Assembly (NCBI GenBank): GCA_000708835.1 | Contig: DF236952.1 | Span: 186,001 to 250,000, forward strand | Source of the DNA: Klebsormidium nitens | Lineage: Eukaryota > Plantae > Klebsormidiophyceae | Length of the DNA: 64,000 bases | Reading direction: 5' to 3' | Shown: piece by piece, positions 46,438-59,939 of the stretch | Layout of the letters: each line of letters starts with the position of its first letter | How positions within the stretch are numbered: position 1 is the stretch's first letter | Made by a program: the position numbers and the translations under genes | Notes under the pieces: model-generated | What the model saw: only the letters and a program-made list of their open reading frames with translations | The model's database searches: none | What the model was told of the DNA's origin: nothing

Positions 46438-47456
46438 GCCGGTTGCTCGGATCTATTTCGGATTGTAATTTTTAGAACTTGCCCGGCCAACTCTGACAAA
46501 GTCAACAAAGCCGCTTCGTGAAGACTTGTAAACCACAAACCCGCAAATATCGAAATATATGCACTGTCAACTTGCAGTTATTGCATACATAGCGTGCTCA
46601 TTGCAATATACGTGACTGACTACGATTCGCACATGAGGGAAGTATAACCTACCAATGATGATGTGCATCGTCATGACCATGTGATCTGAACTTCAACCGT
46701 GCTAGACGGCCGGCGCGTCATATGTGCATGCCGGCAGCATGCGTCGGCCAGCTTGAGCGCGGCCTAGTACTGGCGTCGTAAGTACCGCGGTATGTCCAAT
46801 GGAGCTAGGCGCCGGGAATTATAAATTCAAGACTGATCGTATGAGCCACTTCGCCTAAGTTGCTGCCCATCCATGCAAGCGATCCAATCGCATGCGCGTC
46901 GCGAGTTGTTTCCCTCAGAATGATCGCGTTCAGGATAGCCTTAAATGGACGCGCCTTCGCGATCACATCAATCCATCTGGCATGCTGGGCACTGCTCATG
47001 AGAATCTGATCACAATGTACTGTGCGCACATGCCTGACCAGCATCCATAATCATTACTGAACTTGAAAACAGTTAGCACGATAATCGTTAAGTTCATTAA
47101 GCATGGCAGGCCGGCAGAAAGCACATGGTGCTTCCGTTTGACCACAGAAGCTAGTCCGACCCGATACTCATTGCCGCTCAGAGCCCATTTTTTGCCCGGT
47201 CAAGATGCAGTAGACCATGGTCCTAATTTGCTATTCTGAGCAAATTTCGCCTTAGTATGTACAAGGAAACATATGACCGGACACTGCCACCTTCTGACTC
47301 CCAGCCAAGCTGGGGACGTTTTGTTCACCCTCACCGAATGCTTTATGCTATTCTTTGGCCGCAATGAATGCTACAAATACCACCGAGCAACATGAATCAG
47401 CGCCCGCAAAATGTCTGCGACCCGCGTACTTTGCGACGAAGTAATATCTCCAGCCG

Positions 47457-49846
47457 TCAGTCGACCGCCCTGGTCCAAAACCCGATGATCAACGGGAACG
47501 CCGCGCCGGTCGCGGCCGCCGCGGCCGCCTTGGCTGACGTCAGCCCGAGGTTCGGTAAGAGGGCTGCGCCGAGCGCGCATGCCGACGCCATGCGCACGAA
47601 GTTAAAGAGGAACCAAGGGCAGCAGCAAGCCGCAGGTTCGTCGAGCTGCAAGGGAGGCGGATGCGGAGGGTGTGACCAAATGTGGCTTAATCGTCTGAGG
47701 AGTTCTGGATCATTCTCCAGAAAAACTTCATAACTTATGCCAATACTGGGACTGGTAGGGTTAGTATGGGGTAAGGGTGGGTACGGGTGCAGAGGCGCGC
47801 GGATGATTTCCGGGTTTAGGTTTTAGTGTGTCCTCGTTCTTACCATAACTTGAACTTACTGTGACTAATCTAGAGAAGGACGACTTTTGGTACTACAAAA
47901 GACCTCCAGGTGGAGCCGAGTTGTTGTTTCAACGAGGTGACAGGATGACCAAGCCGGACCAACGCCGGAATGATAGGAAAGACTTTGTGCATCTGGACGC
48001 GGACTGGGGCTCCAATGATTGGACAAGAGGAGCCGCAAGTTCCAAACATTTTTCGAAGGATCTCAAAGCAGAATTTTCATGGATTCCAAAGCAACCTTTT
48101 CTATGCTTCCACTTCTTCCGAAGCAGGCCCTTCGTCTTCTGGATTCCGAAAGGAATAGCATCAAATTCAAAAAGTCGTCAGTAAGTTCTCTACTTTGTCG
48201 TGACCACAGTTATCATGTATTACACAAGTTAAGTGATAGAAGTTTGCAGACTTTGAACATTTAGAACAAGGTTTGGTGCGAAGAAGTTTGGAAGTTGCTA
48301 GCTCAGCAGGCTGGAACCGTCGCCTTTCCGACGAATCTCGCAGCTAGAATGTCTTTCGCGTTGTCGGGTTTGACGACATATATCTAAATGTTTTCTTGTG
48401 TGTCTGTTCCCCGTTTACTAAAATAGTGGAGAAAGCATCAAGAACCAGCAAGCAGCCCTGCCGTAGTCCTGCTCAACGAATCTCGTCTCCGTGCTTGGAT
48501 CATTGAGCATTGATCATTGAATAAACGATACCAAGCGAAAGTGCCCCGATGCCAGCGCTCGCGACAAACCGAGACCTATTTAGATAGCGTCTCGTTCCTG
48601 GACTCAGACACTCAATTCATTTGAACATTTCAGATCTCATTCGGGTGGGTGCAGATTTGCAGATTCGAAGAATCTCAGGCGGACCGCAGGACTCCGTGAC
48701 GGCCATTTTGTGTCGCAGCCTTCTTCCAGATAAACAATCCCGTCTGGCGAATCAGCCACGGGGCACCCTTATGGTTCAAAAGTCAGAAGGTTCCGGTTGA
48801 TACTGGCAACATCTGTGTTCACTTAAACTTATGTTCACTTAAGCATCCGCCCGGGGCAAAAACAAACTAGAATCCTAAACTAACAAGATTACACGCTCCG
48901 CACCCGTTCACCCGTACCCACTCTAACCCCCAAACCAACCCTACCCGTCCCCGGGACCTGTTCTTTGGTGAACACGGCCCTAGGTGAACACAAATGTCGC
49001 CAGTTTTCCGGTTGGGCCAAAAAGTGCCCAACGGTGGTGCACTCCGAAAGAATCTGGAGCAGCAATCTTAATGTGGCGTCGAAAGGTGGGTAGTAGCACG
49101 AATAGGCACAAAATCGTCAACGACTGTTCCTAAGCCGGTTCGATTCTCTATCGTTTGATGTAACGCACCGTCCAATCATCGTCTTCACCGTACTCTTCCC
49201 TCAGCACCGCAAACACCGCCTCCGTCGCGGCGAAAACCAGCGCGCCCCCAACGGCGCCCGCGGCCGCGCCCGCGATAAAGCCCGGGTACGCGTACTTGTG
49301 TGCGAGCATTGCGCACCCGATGCCGCCCGCCAGGAACGACCCGAGCGCCCCACAGAAGGTAATCAGCGCGGCCGCCAAGGCCTTCTGCCTGAAGCGGTCC
49401 CACGGCAGCCCCTCCCAGCATCGCGGCNNNNNNNNNNNNNNNNNNNNGGGGGGTCCCGGAGGGTCACGGTGACGGAGCCCTCGGTCGGGGGGAAGCGGGC
49501 GCAGCGCGGCCGCGGCGCCGCCCGTGACGGGCGGCGGCGGCGGCGGCATCCACGCGGCCGCGTCTGGGGCGATGAGGAGGACGCGCGCGCGGAAGGACTC
49601 CAGGCTGTGGCGCACCGTCCAGTTGGGGGCCAGGTCCCGGTTAGGCAGCGCTTCCCGGGTTAGTGGGTCGGTTTGGTGGGTGATTAACCAGGGTTCGATG
49701 GCGGAGCGCTCATACGTGTGGCCTCGGGCGTTGACAACCGGGTCGACGAAGAGTTCCCCGGTGATCCCGCATTGCAGTTCCGAAGGGACGTCATCGCCCA
49801 GTGAGTCGACGAACGCGCCAACCGGGTCGATCTGAATGGGCGCCAT
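47457..49846 (-). CDS. U-box E3 ubiquitin ligase-like protein with a Pro-rich linker and 4 predicted C-terminal TM helices
   Basis: Exon 49846..49169 encodes the U-box PSELQCGITGELFVDPVVNARGHTYERSAIEPWL..TDPLTRE..LAPNWTVR and two Gly/Ala-rich helices, and ends TGGACG|gtgcgt. Exon 47645..47457 (ccttgcag|CTCGAC, phase 0) adds LDEPAACCCPWFLFNFVRMASACALGAALL..AFPLIIGFWTRAVD*. There is a 20-N gap at 49428..49447, and upstream exons are possible. Confidence 0.78.
47745..48952. mobile_element. Putative non-autonomous element (about 1.2 kb) with imperfect terminal inverted repeats, inside the U-box gene intron
   Basis: Left ggtagggttagtatggggtaagggtgggtacgggtg..gtttaggttttagt versus the reverse complement of 48845..48952, ggtagggttggtttgggggttagagtgggtacgggtg..gtttaggattctagt. 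Confidence 0.55.
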
Positions 49847-52800
49847 CGCGGCCCGCGGCGCGCCCTGTTTGGAGAAAGAGCAAACAGAGAGGTTCGACAA
49901 AAGAAGCCTTATATGCTTGTAAGTCGAAATGGTTCAACGACCCGTAGAGAAGAAAGCCAGATGCAGCGCTGAAGTTGGGTGGTTCAAAGAGGTCGCCAAT
50001 TCAAGTTAGCAGACCACTTTACAACAGCTCGACGGCACGTCTCGCAACGAATCAGGACGAGTATGTCAGAAGTTTCTCAAGCATGAGGTCAAAGTCTTCC
50101 TAAGAGCATCCTTTCTGAATTAACCAGCGCTTCGAGTATCGTCCGGTACCGTAAACCAAACAACTGCCTATTGTCAGTGGGCAAACTCGACATGCCTCCA
50201 TCGGTCCAAAGATTTGCCCTGAAAGGAAGCTGCATTTTACGAGTTGCGCAGCAAGTTCTGGAGAGGAGAATCCAAATTTCTTCTGGATTATTTCTCTGTT
50301 TCGCCGAAGTGACATCCTTGAAGTCGAGTTGGCTCGAAGAGATCAGTATCAGAATCTCTGGTTGCTTCGAGAAGGAAGGAGGGGATTCACCTTTGTTTCG
50401 AGCAGACAAAGGTTGGATTGAGGACCAAAGCTTGCCCTGGCAGAATCTGAGGGTCGACGCGATCAAGGGGGCTGCACCTGGGTGAGAGACGCTTGTTGGA
50501 GCGGCTGAGGGGCCGCCCGGCGGAACCCCCCAGGCGCCGGAAGCGAATCGCAGGGGCTGCAAGCAAAGGGGACAATCTCTAAGAGTTTAATACTAACCAA
50601 GCACCGGGGTTCTGGTAGTACTGCTCAAAGTGGTTTCCGGCGTGGACAAAGAATTCGTCTCAGCGGTGCGTGCGAAGTGTGTTTTGCTTGTCTTTTGGAC
50701 CGAAAGCTCCCTACTGATAGACAGAGTGAAAAGAAGAATGCTTCGTCCTTTAGAGCCTGGGTATGGAAACCATGCGCTATCTTCTTGAGAGTCACTTTCA
50801 AATGGAAGCCAAAAGCCCTCCTTTCAGAAGTAAGCATCGACCCGTCCACCACTTAGTTCTGAGATTTCATCTCAGGAAAGTGGGAAGACTTGGGGCAGCA
50901 AAACTGGACGCTTAGGAGAAAAGAAAATAGCGCTCAGCCAGCTTTGCCAACAGGGACGACTTTTCTCGGAGCAAATGTTTCTTTGTTTGTCCTCATGGGA
51001 ACAGCTTCTGTGCTCGTCAGACTCCACAATAAAACTTTGGCACAGACTTCAACATCTGGGTAGGAGTGTTAACCACGAGGCTATTGATACCCGATTCCAC
51101 TAACTCAACGGAATTAGATATGCAGTCACTTTATCCCAAGCTGGGCTCTGGAACATGTGCGGAAGTTACGCAGTGAATAGTTCATAGAAAGTCGCCCAGC
51201 AAAAGCTTGCATTACGGAAACCTTGGAATGGAAGGCCTGGACACTGTCTCAAATCTGCCTCGGCGGTCTTGATTTGCGGGCAACTATTGTGCGAACTGAC
51301 AGCATGCGAGATAAAGTGGAGAAGCATCCACACGTGAAGGAGCTTCAAGTCAGAACTCATTATATCTGCATCCGCAAATCAGAATCTGGACCGACGGGTT
51401 TCACCCCTCGGATACATCCAAGGGAACTCAATACAGTAAGTCAAGGCCTCCTTGCCTGTATATTCACCGAAAGAATTGGTCAATGAAGGAAAGTGAAAGG
51501 GATTCAATGACCGAAGAAGGGATCGACAAGACTTAAAGGCAGTTTGAGCATTCTAAATACCATGTTTGGACCCACTCAGTAGCTTTGATCCTCCGGAGAT
51601 ACATAAGGGAAGCATCTGACTCCCTCTTTGAATTGTCACGAGAAGTGAAGGACTACTAACAACACAATCCATAAAAATTCAGCTGGTCAGGAGATGAGTA
51701 AAAAGCAGATCATGTTTGACTTTGAAGCAGGGTGTGCTCGCAAAAAATTTGAACGGGAATGCCTCAGTGTGCCTGATATCAAGACATGCAAAGTGGATGA
51801 CCTCGAAACATGTCCTGAGGTTCCTTGCCACCCCGGCCCCCCATATTCCGGTTGGTTCCGAGAACGACAAGAAAAAGAGGCCCTTGGGGCAATATGGTCT
51901 AATAGCACTATGACCTCCAGGTCAGGTCGTGCAAGGGAAGACTGGATTAGTCATGATAGTCCACAATCAAAGCGAGGCTTTACAGGTTGTTCTTTCGTTT
52001 GACCGTAGTTGTTTCTGGGAGGTAAAAGAGGAGATGTCCCCTCAAAGCAAGCTCCTCAAGATTGCCGAGGGACCGTCAATGGAGCTATCAGGCGGGTAGA
52101 ACGGACAGAAGGAGATATGAAGGAGCACCCGAAATATAAGACCTTGAAAAGAATGAGCTTTTTCTATGCTTGGCAGAAACCTGCCAAGGTGCTCTTTGAT
52201 CTTTAGCTGCCTTTGTTTTTCCAGTAAAGCAAGACAGAAGCATTGCCCAGCTTTACATGAGAGTGTATTCAGGCTATTGAACAACGTCGGTCCAGGTTTG
52301 ACCAGCGGAGCTGTTTCACACGTTCTTCCGAGATGCTAGTGCCAATAATGGTCCGTACATCGGCTCTCAGCTGCCTTTGGCTTGGGGAGCAACAGGCGTT
52401 CGAAAGGTAAGGTAAGGTAACGTTACAGGCTCAATTCCAAAAGAGTGCCAAAGCGGCGCCTTTTTGTGAACAATTGCTCTTAGGGCATGTAAGGTTATGC
52501 CTGGCGTGCAGGTGCAACACAGTCTGTTTGCATGAATCATCACTCAAGTAGATTTGGAATCAGTCTGGTGGGACTCATGCATGTGCAGATATTCTGACAC
52601 CAGCTACACTAGGGAGAGCTGTACTGCCACTGCGTTGCGCAGGTCCATGACTTGCGCGGCTCTGACTGACCAGAATCACCTCCAATGAGCCTGCTGTACA
52701 ACCTGCCTACCGCCGGCGAAATGCTCACCCCGTTTCCAACGCTGTCGTTTCTATCAGGTCTGAAGCACTTAGCGCACTCACCGGCTCTTACGCTGCGGGC

Positions 52801-53869
52801 GCCGCGCCGCTGTTTGCGATAGATGTCGATGAGCAACCGGGGCGACCACCGCCAGCCTCTCCCTCAGCCACCCTAACCTCTCTGTGCTGCTTCGCTCTAC
52901 CAAGGCCCCACTAGGCTGGGTTCTGACTACTGCTCAGTGCTGAGTTCCACAGTAATTGTGACCGCGCTATCTCATGCTTCTATTGCCATTCTGCATTTAG
53001 GTGCTGCTCTGCAAGCTAGACACTCCGTCTTCTCCCTGTGCACTCAAGGCTGACCTACTTTGCGGAAAGCCCGCCAGTCTGCTGCCAGCACTTTTGCGGG
53101 GTCCCCGTTTCCAGTCTGGAAGGAATCATGGGCTGGTGGTCCTTCCAATATTGGAAAGGTGCTCGATTTGCAGACGAGTCGGGGGAGTGCTGAGACCGTG
53201 CACAGGCTGGGACTCAGAGCTGTGCGCCGCACGAATATTCCACGTGGACAGATCGGTGGACAGACGCAAGCTGTCAAAATATCGTGCGGCAAAGATGTGG
53301 TTACATTCGGACGCTTGGTTTGAAACTCACCTCCGACGGTCGATCGTCCGAGGCGAATTACGGCGACGGCCACCCGCGGCCGCCGATTTTCCGGGATCCG
53401 TGCGGCACCGCGCCCACCGGCCGCGCTGGCGTTTACAGTCAACTTCCGTCAGTTCAATCATCCCTCCGACTGGGTTGTTATTGTTATTGTTAATGGTTAG
53501 TAATCTCACACTCTTTTGTGTGCTCAAGTCAACTCTGTCGCGCGCACTACGGTTCTGGCAACATGGTGCCTTTGCATGTCAAGGGTCGATCCAAATGCAT
53601 GATACAATATATGTTGCGGTGGGAACATCGGAGAAGATCGGAAGCAAGACCTTGAACTCTGTAGTCAAGACCCTCGCCCGATAGGGAAACGTCGTGCGCG
53701 CATGTATATTACACTTGATCGTCAAGGTCAGATCCAGGACCATCTCTAGCCTCTCTTTTGTCTTTGACAGTGAACTCTCCGTCAAGGTGGCTAGCCTTCT
53801 CGTCCCTCATGTACAGTAAAACTTTGTTCATTAAAGCTCTACCCATTCTATACATGTTTTGTATTAGCC

Positions 53870-56800
53870 TCAGTCCATCAACACAATTGCTCGGCCATCG
53901 ATCTCTCCTCTATCAAGAGCAGCGTATGCATCTGCCGCGGTGTCCAGAGTGTATCGCCTTGACACCGGGGCAGCAACGTCAAACTTGCCCATCGCCGCAA
54001 GGTCGATGACGTCAGGCAGATCATGCCGCGTACGAGCTCCGTACGAACCGATGATGCGAATCTACAAAAGCAGACGGCAGTAGAGGTATTGTCGATGTGC
54101 GAACACTGCATTCGCTCACCCAATCGAGCAACTTCTAACCCGACGATCGAGCAATGAAATCGAGATTCATCTGGATTCCGTGCCCTTGAAACGGTCTCAC
54201 ATATCTCCTTTCTTGCCCGCAGCCAAAGCACGATCACACGCTCTCAGTTTGCATCTTTGTCGACTGGGGAACCAGGCCCACTCTCCAAACCCCAAATGAA
54301 TGAGAGACTTGTGTATGGTTTTACACCGCTCCTTCGAGCGAAGTGCAAGGTCACCACTTACCCAGCACGCAGCAGACAATGGCATTCCAAAATGTTCCGC
54401 ACCTAAGCAGCCTGAGCTTGTGCGGATTCTAAAACCAAAGACTCAAAAAGCTTTCACAGAACAGACTAAGCTTGTCCGGCTTCTCCTCCAAAATGTCAAT
54501 GAGTTCATTCTTGAACAGGCTAGCAAGTTCCGAAAGTTCGAATGGGACGGCCCACCTCTTTTCGGACGATCCGCGTGATCTCGACCTCTGCCATGGCGCC
54601 CGTCGGCGCAATGCCAACCATTACCGCGCGGCCGCCGTCTCGGACCGCGGCCAGCGCCTGGCCGAAAGTTACGGCCTTGCCCAGCGCCTCGACTGCCACG
54701 TCGACGCCCCGCCCGGCGGTGTACTCCTGGTGTCACAAAACAAATTGATTCGGTTAAGCAGTCTTTGCGCACTTCTTCGACAGTCATAGCAAGTTCATTG
54801 GGAACTTTAGCTGCGACAATATCAGGAAAGGCGTCAGTCGGACTTGGATTGTTGTTTCGGCTCGTTGTCTCGCGAGGCAAGATTGCTGACAGGTTGAAGG
54901 CCCTTGATATGAGTGGCGTGACCGCTCTCCTGAGGGGGTCTCACGTTGGCCTTCAATGTTGGCCAAAGCGAATAAATTACAACAAAGCAGAGCATGACCT
55001 TGCTAATGTTGTCTTCATACAAACGTCGGCCATTTGGTTGTCTAAAGGCAACATGAGTGACCCACTGCCAATCAAAGATAGGACAAATAACCTTTCAGCT
55101 TCTGAGCAGAGTCCAAACCCACTGAAGCCCGTTGTGAAAGGCGAGGAAGCAATGGCGGAGATTGCGAACTGAGGTCGAAATTACTGTCAACAAACACCAG
55201 GTGATCCGGCAAATGCACAAGGGCCCCCTCCGAGCCTCGCAAGAATCTTTACCCGGACTTTCTCGGCGACGTTCTCCTTGGCGCCGTTGACTACGTGCGT
55301 CGCCCCCAGCTTCTTCGCCGACCGCAGCTTCTCGTCGCTGATGTCGACCGCGATCACAGTCTTGGCCCCAAACGCCTTCGCCAGTTGCACGACGCTGCGA
55401 GAAAATGGATCACACATATGACGAACCATCCCAGTCAACGCCTTTTTAACACAAAAAGAACCGATCAACAATTCTCTAGAGATCTTTTGGTGTCTTCCGC
55501 CCCCCTCTAACTATGATGCTGACCTAGCATCTGGTGGGCTACGAAAGCATGTCGATATTGTAACAGCTTTTCCCCTCCAGAAATCGATATGGTGTGAGGC
55601 CAGGACAAACATACTGCTAACATTTCCAAATTCCGCTGGCACGCAAGCGACGCCAGAGACAGCCGAATCCAACCCTTTCGCTATCGACGTCTCATACGGC
55701 TCCGCCAAAGCGCCCTTGAAATGGGCGTCGGGGGCCAGACGTCAGCCGCAAATCCGACGGCTTCAGATTACGACAGCAGTCTTCGTGAGCGGCTCGAAGT
55801 TCCATGCTTGGCCTTCGCCCACTTCCGTAGTTGGGCACCTTTGCCTTCATTCCTTGCCCTTCCTTGCGCAGATTGCATGCCTGCGATCACCCCGCATATC
55901 GCGCTTCGGATCGTGTGCCTCTTACTCCTTTGCAGGAACCGGCGCCAAAATGTTTACAGGATTCGAAACAGCCGTCTAAGGCTGCCAAAGAACCCTCATC
56001 CAGAAGGCGACTCGGACCGCTGACGGACTGGGTGCCTAGATCAGCGGGGCCCGTCACAGCCAGCAGCACAAATATACACGTACTTGACATGAGCGGTAAT
56101 AAGTACAAGGAGGCGCCGTGTAACCCGTAACGCTGCGGCGAAGAGATGGCCCGTACCCCATTTCTTCCAAGTCGCGGAACGCAAAATCACGTGCTCAAAC
56201 CTTCGGCGACACAAGACACAAGACACAAGACACAAGATTCTACGTTGGAGAGCACCATTGGTTGGACGCCCTTTTTGAGCCTGTACTTATCGAAAGGAGC
56301 AAAGCAAGAAACGGCTTCTCACCCTCCCCCAACGCCCCCCACGCCCACCACCGCGACTGTTTCCCCCGCCCTCAAATCCGCCCCGTTGCGCAGTGCCCCG
56401 TAAGCGGTGAAGATCGCGCAGCCCATGATTGCCGACTCCGCGAACGGCAGCTTTTCCGGCAGGACGGCGAGTGCTGACGCGGGCATGACGCAGTACTCGG
56501 CAAGGCCGCTCATGCTGTACTGGCTGATCGGAGTACCTGCAGAAACAGCGGGCCCTTGATATTTTCGAAGTTTTGGGTGGGTCTGGATCTCCCATCTGTC
56601 TCTTTTAGATCTTTGGAACTTTTGATCTAGAGACTTTATGATGGGTAATGCTAAGTGAGATTCGAGAAAGTGGACGGAGTTGCCAGGACGGATCTGCGTT
56701 TGCAGCAGGCCGTTAATGAGGCTTTTTAAAATCCAGAACCAGCTCGAAGTATCCTCGCTTGGAGGGAAACGAGTCAGGAAAGAAATCGAGTTGTTCATCG

Positions 56801-59800
56801 AACTCGACAACAAGCACCCATCCAGCGTTCCTTCGCGGTGTTCCGTGTGCCCTGTCTACTTTGATGCTAACACAGACGTTATGGCGGACTCAGCAGCAGA
56901 CATCTATTGAACAATGCACGTTCGCGCCCTCAGGCTTCTAGGCCTCGAGAAACAGGTTGCGAGGTTTGGAGGACGAAATATGACTCGGGCGCTTCTATTG
57001 CAGTCAACAACATACTTGCAATGCACTCCCCGATATCGAAGGATCAAAGTAGTCAAAGACCGAGTATCTTGTCGGTACTTGACGTACCCACTGATTACGA
57101 CTACTATGAACGAGGCCTGGAGCCCGTTCTCCGGAGACCTGCTCAAGAGATGCATCAGCTCTGGCATGAGGGAATTCAGCAGTCGCCTGGAGAACCAGAA
57201 AAGGACTTCACTGGTCGCGGCAGGTATACATGCTGTGCGAGGGGGAGAAGTGCTGTCTCACCTCCTTTGGCTGTGTATAGCCTCGTCGTCCCGTCATAGA
57301 GCGTGCCTTTGAAGCGGTTGAACTCAAAGAACGTCTCACAGATCTCCTCTTGGCCCTTGCAACATGGACAAGCGTTCTTCAAAGTTCAGAATGAGACGTC
57401 AACTTAGTTGAAGATTGAGAACCTTTAGCGGATGGTCATACACATTCTTTAAAGGATCTCGGTGCGTAGCTCACTCTGCCGCCCCGCATCTCACAGCAGG
57501 GGCAGGTTAAACGCATCCTTCTTGCGTGAAAATCTGGGCCGTCCAACACACCGAAGGTGATCGAACGGTCCAACTTCGAGAACCATGCTTCGAAGAGCTG
57601 ACAACGATATGCTATGCTTATTGCAACGTCTCGTGCATCTTCGACAGACTGGAGACACTTTGGAAGCAGCTTTCAGTGTAGAAAGGCAAGCCTTTGCGAG
57701 CGTGCGGTCTTTAGTGTGGTCAACAAATGATTGTGACGCTGTGACCAAGGACAGGGGCGCCGTTGGAACGGATACTGTGATAAGACTTGGGGGTTTTAAG
57801 GGGGGTCCACGTCCGACGATCGGACGATCGACGCCCAAACCTTGAAGTCGCATCTGGACCTCGCCACGAGCAGCGTTCTTGGCGTCGGCTCCACAGTAAC
57901 AGTTCCCTTCACTACGCGGTTCGTTTTTTGACCGAGAAGCCCCCACAAAACCCCAAACCCTCACCACGTCATTCATTCAACAAGTTCCCCGGCCTCAGTC
58001 TTGCAGTAGCTCATTCGCCTTGACCCCGCTCTTTCAGATAGACCTATAGTTTAGGTAGGATAGTTCTGGGCAGGATATGATCATGACCCGGAGACATGGA
58101 CCTGGGAACGTGTGGGGTTAGGGTGGTACGGGTAGGGGTGTGGAGCGCCTACGTTTGTTGGTCCAGGTTTTGGTTTTCATTTAATCCCGGGACGGTTGCT
58201 ACCCTACCTAGAAACTATCCTACCTAGATTGAAGGAGTCTTTTCTTCCAGCTCACCCGTGTGCAGAAGAAGCAGCCGCCGCAAGGCATGATGAACGCCCC
58301 CACCACTCGAGCTCCGACCGGCAACCTACATACGATATCATTAAATGATACGATATGAAGATATGAAGATTCTTGGCACTGTATCAGTCTGTCTTTGCGT
58401 GTATTTGATCAAGGTCGCCTCCTGCTCAAAAGCAAGAAGATTGTTCGACTTTGGACTCCGTACAAACAAGTGGACGAACGATTCAGTGTCGAGGCACACA
58501 GATCCGGCCAGCATCCCTGAAAGGATTATCGTTCAGGCGAGTAAAGGAAGATCGAGACTTTTTTGATAAAGCTCAACGGTTCAGACGCAAGTTCCCAACC
58601 CAACTGAGACGGAAGCGAACACGTGAATGACAGCGCTTTCCTTCCCACCATTTCAGCAAGGAAAGGCTATCGCCAAGAGAATTCTTTACTACTGTCCTTG
58701 GATGATTTTTCTTTGCAAAATTTCGACTTTAGGCACACAGCAACGCTCCAGGTAGGACCAGCGAGGTGTGGCCTATCAGGTCATTTGTGAGCTTGAACGA
58801 ACACGGTCTCCCATACAGTCTCTATTGATGATCCGCACTAGCTTTCCAAGGCCCTTCTCTCATGGTTCCTTTCCTTGTCCTTTCTGAAACCTCACGGTCA
58901 ACTTGTCTGGCATCCAGATTGCCTTCGAATGGGAAGATGCTCACCTCTTGATTGTGGCAGGATCTGTGCCAGGCCCGTGTTCCAGGACCGTCCCTGAGAC
59001 TTCGTGGCCGAGAACAGCCGGAGTGGGGAACTTCTGCTCGCCCTTGATCACATGGAGGTCAGTGTGACAAACGCCACAAGCTGCAAAACGAATTGAGTTG
59101 TTACAAGGACGTGTTTTCTGTTGAGTATTTGCCTTGGTTCTACGTCAGCGCTGGCCAATGATATGAAAGCATGTGGCCAGGCACTGATCACTGCTTTAAG
59201 TAGCTCCGTTCATAGGAGGACAGACTGGCAGTAAGGAGCGGCTGTTCTTGTGTTTGAGGGTTCGAAGGGTGCAAGCTGAGTATTTACGTCATGCACATTC
59301 TAGCTTCATCTTATCAAGTTGGGTTGGTCTCAGGGGAATGGACAGATTCCACCACCCACTGTGATTAGAAGGGACACTGTGACCCCCACCTTTTGTCTTG
59401 ATGAGCACTTCGCCAACCTGCGGCTTCGGAATGTTGAATTGCTCCACGTACATTTTCTCATTTGGCCCCGGGAGAATGACGCCCTTCATTGTCATGGATC
59501 CGTTTCCCACAACGTACTTGGAGGCCCCCTCCGTTGAGAAAGTTCGGACAGTCTGCATTGCATCCGGCAACCTAGCGGAGAATCCAAGCTGGACTGCAGA
59601 GGTGCTGCCAAGTGTGGAGCTGGTAGGAGTACTGTTTTCTGATCGGTTTGTTGTGCTGCTCAGTTGAATGTCCCTGAGTGTAGGTCTACTTCCTGACATT
59701 TGGCTGAGTATATCTTCAATCTGCCCTTCTTTAGCATGCTGGTTGCCTTCGGGGTTAACTGCAGCCGTAGGTTGATTCAGTTTGACATCAACTGGCGCAG

Positions 59801-59939
59801 CTTCCTGTTGCGCGTGCTGTAGGGCACGGCCCGCTGACTCCCCGAAGCTGCAGCAAGTGAAATGGCCCCTGCTAGCACCTGGGGGGAGGAGGTGGAAGGC
59901 GAGCCTCCGCAGAGCAAGATGCGGAGACATGCTTTGCAT
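53870..59939 (-). CDS. Zinc-binding (GroES-like) alcohol dehydrogenase, mitochondrial-type, similar to Arabidopsis At5g63620/HER2
   Basis: Exons 59939..59390, 59080..58945, 58325..58256, 57355..57262, 56536..56323, 55394..55253, 54726..54556 and 54061..53870. Motifs ACGVCHTDLH, GHEVSG, structural Zn MPCGGCFFCTRGQEEIC, GVGGVG Rossmann fold, IIGSYG. The start could be 59939 or 59930. Confidence 0.93.
56208..56235. repeat. (GACACAA)4 microsatellite in an ADH intron
   Basis: gacacaagacacaagacacaagacacaa. Confidence 0.9.
58052..58226. mobile_element. MITE-like element (175 bp) with a perfect 14-bp inverted repeat
   Basis: taggtaggatagtt (58052..58065) and aactatcctaccta (58213..58226). Both ends are TA. 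The interior is homologous to the 47745/48952 repeats. Confidence 0.7.

Noticed and set aside
47368-47733. 121-aa plus-strand ORF containing SPRFGKR
   Set aside because: It is antisense to the U-box terminal exon, which has a clean acceptor and a matching phase.
51223-52206. Short ORFs as a decayed DNA methyltransferase or transposase
   Set aside because: Only a vague resemblance; no PCQ/ENV or DDE motifs and no consistent splice path.
57480-57530. Possible old echo of the ADH exon-3 tail and donor
   Set aside because: Only about 11 of 15 nt plus gtgagc match; too weak to count.
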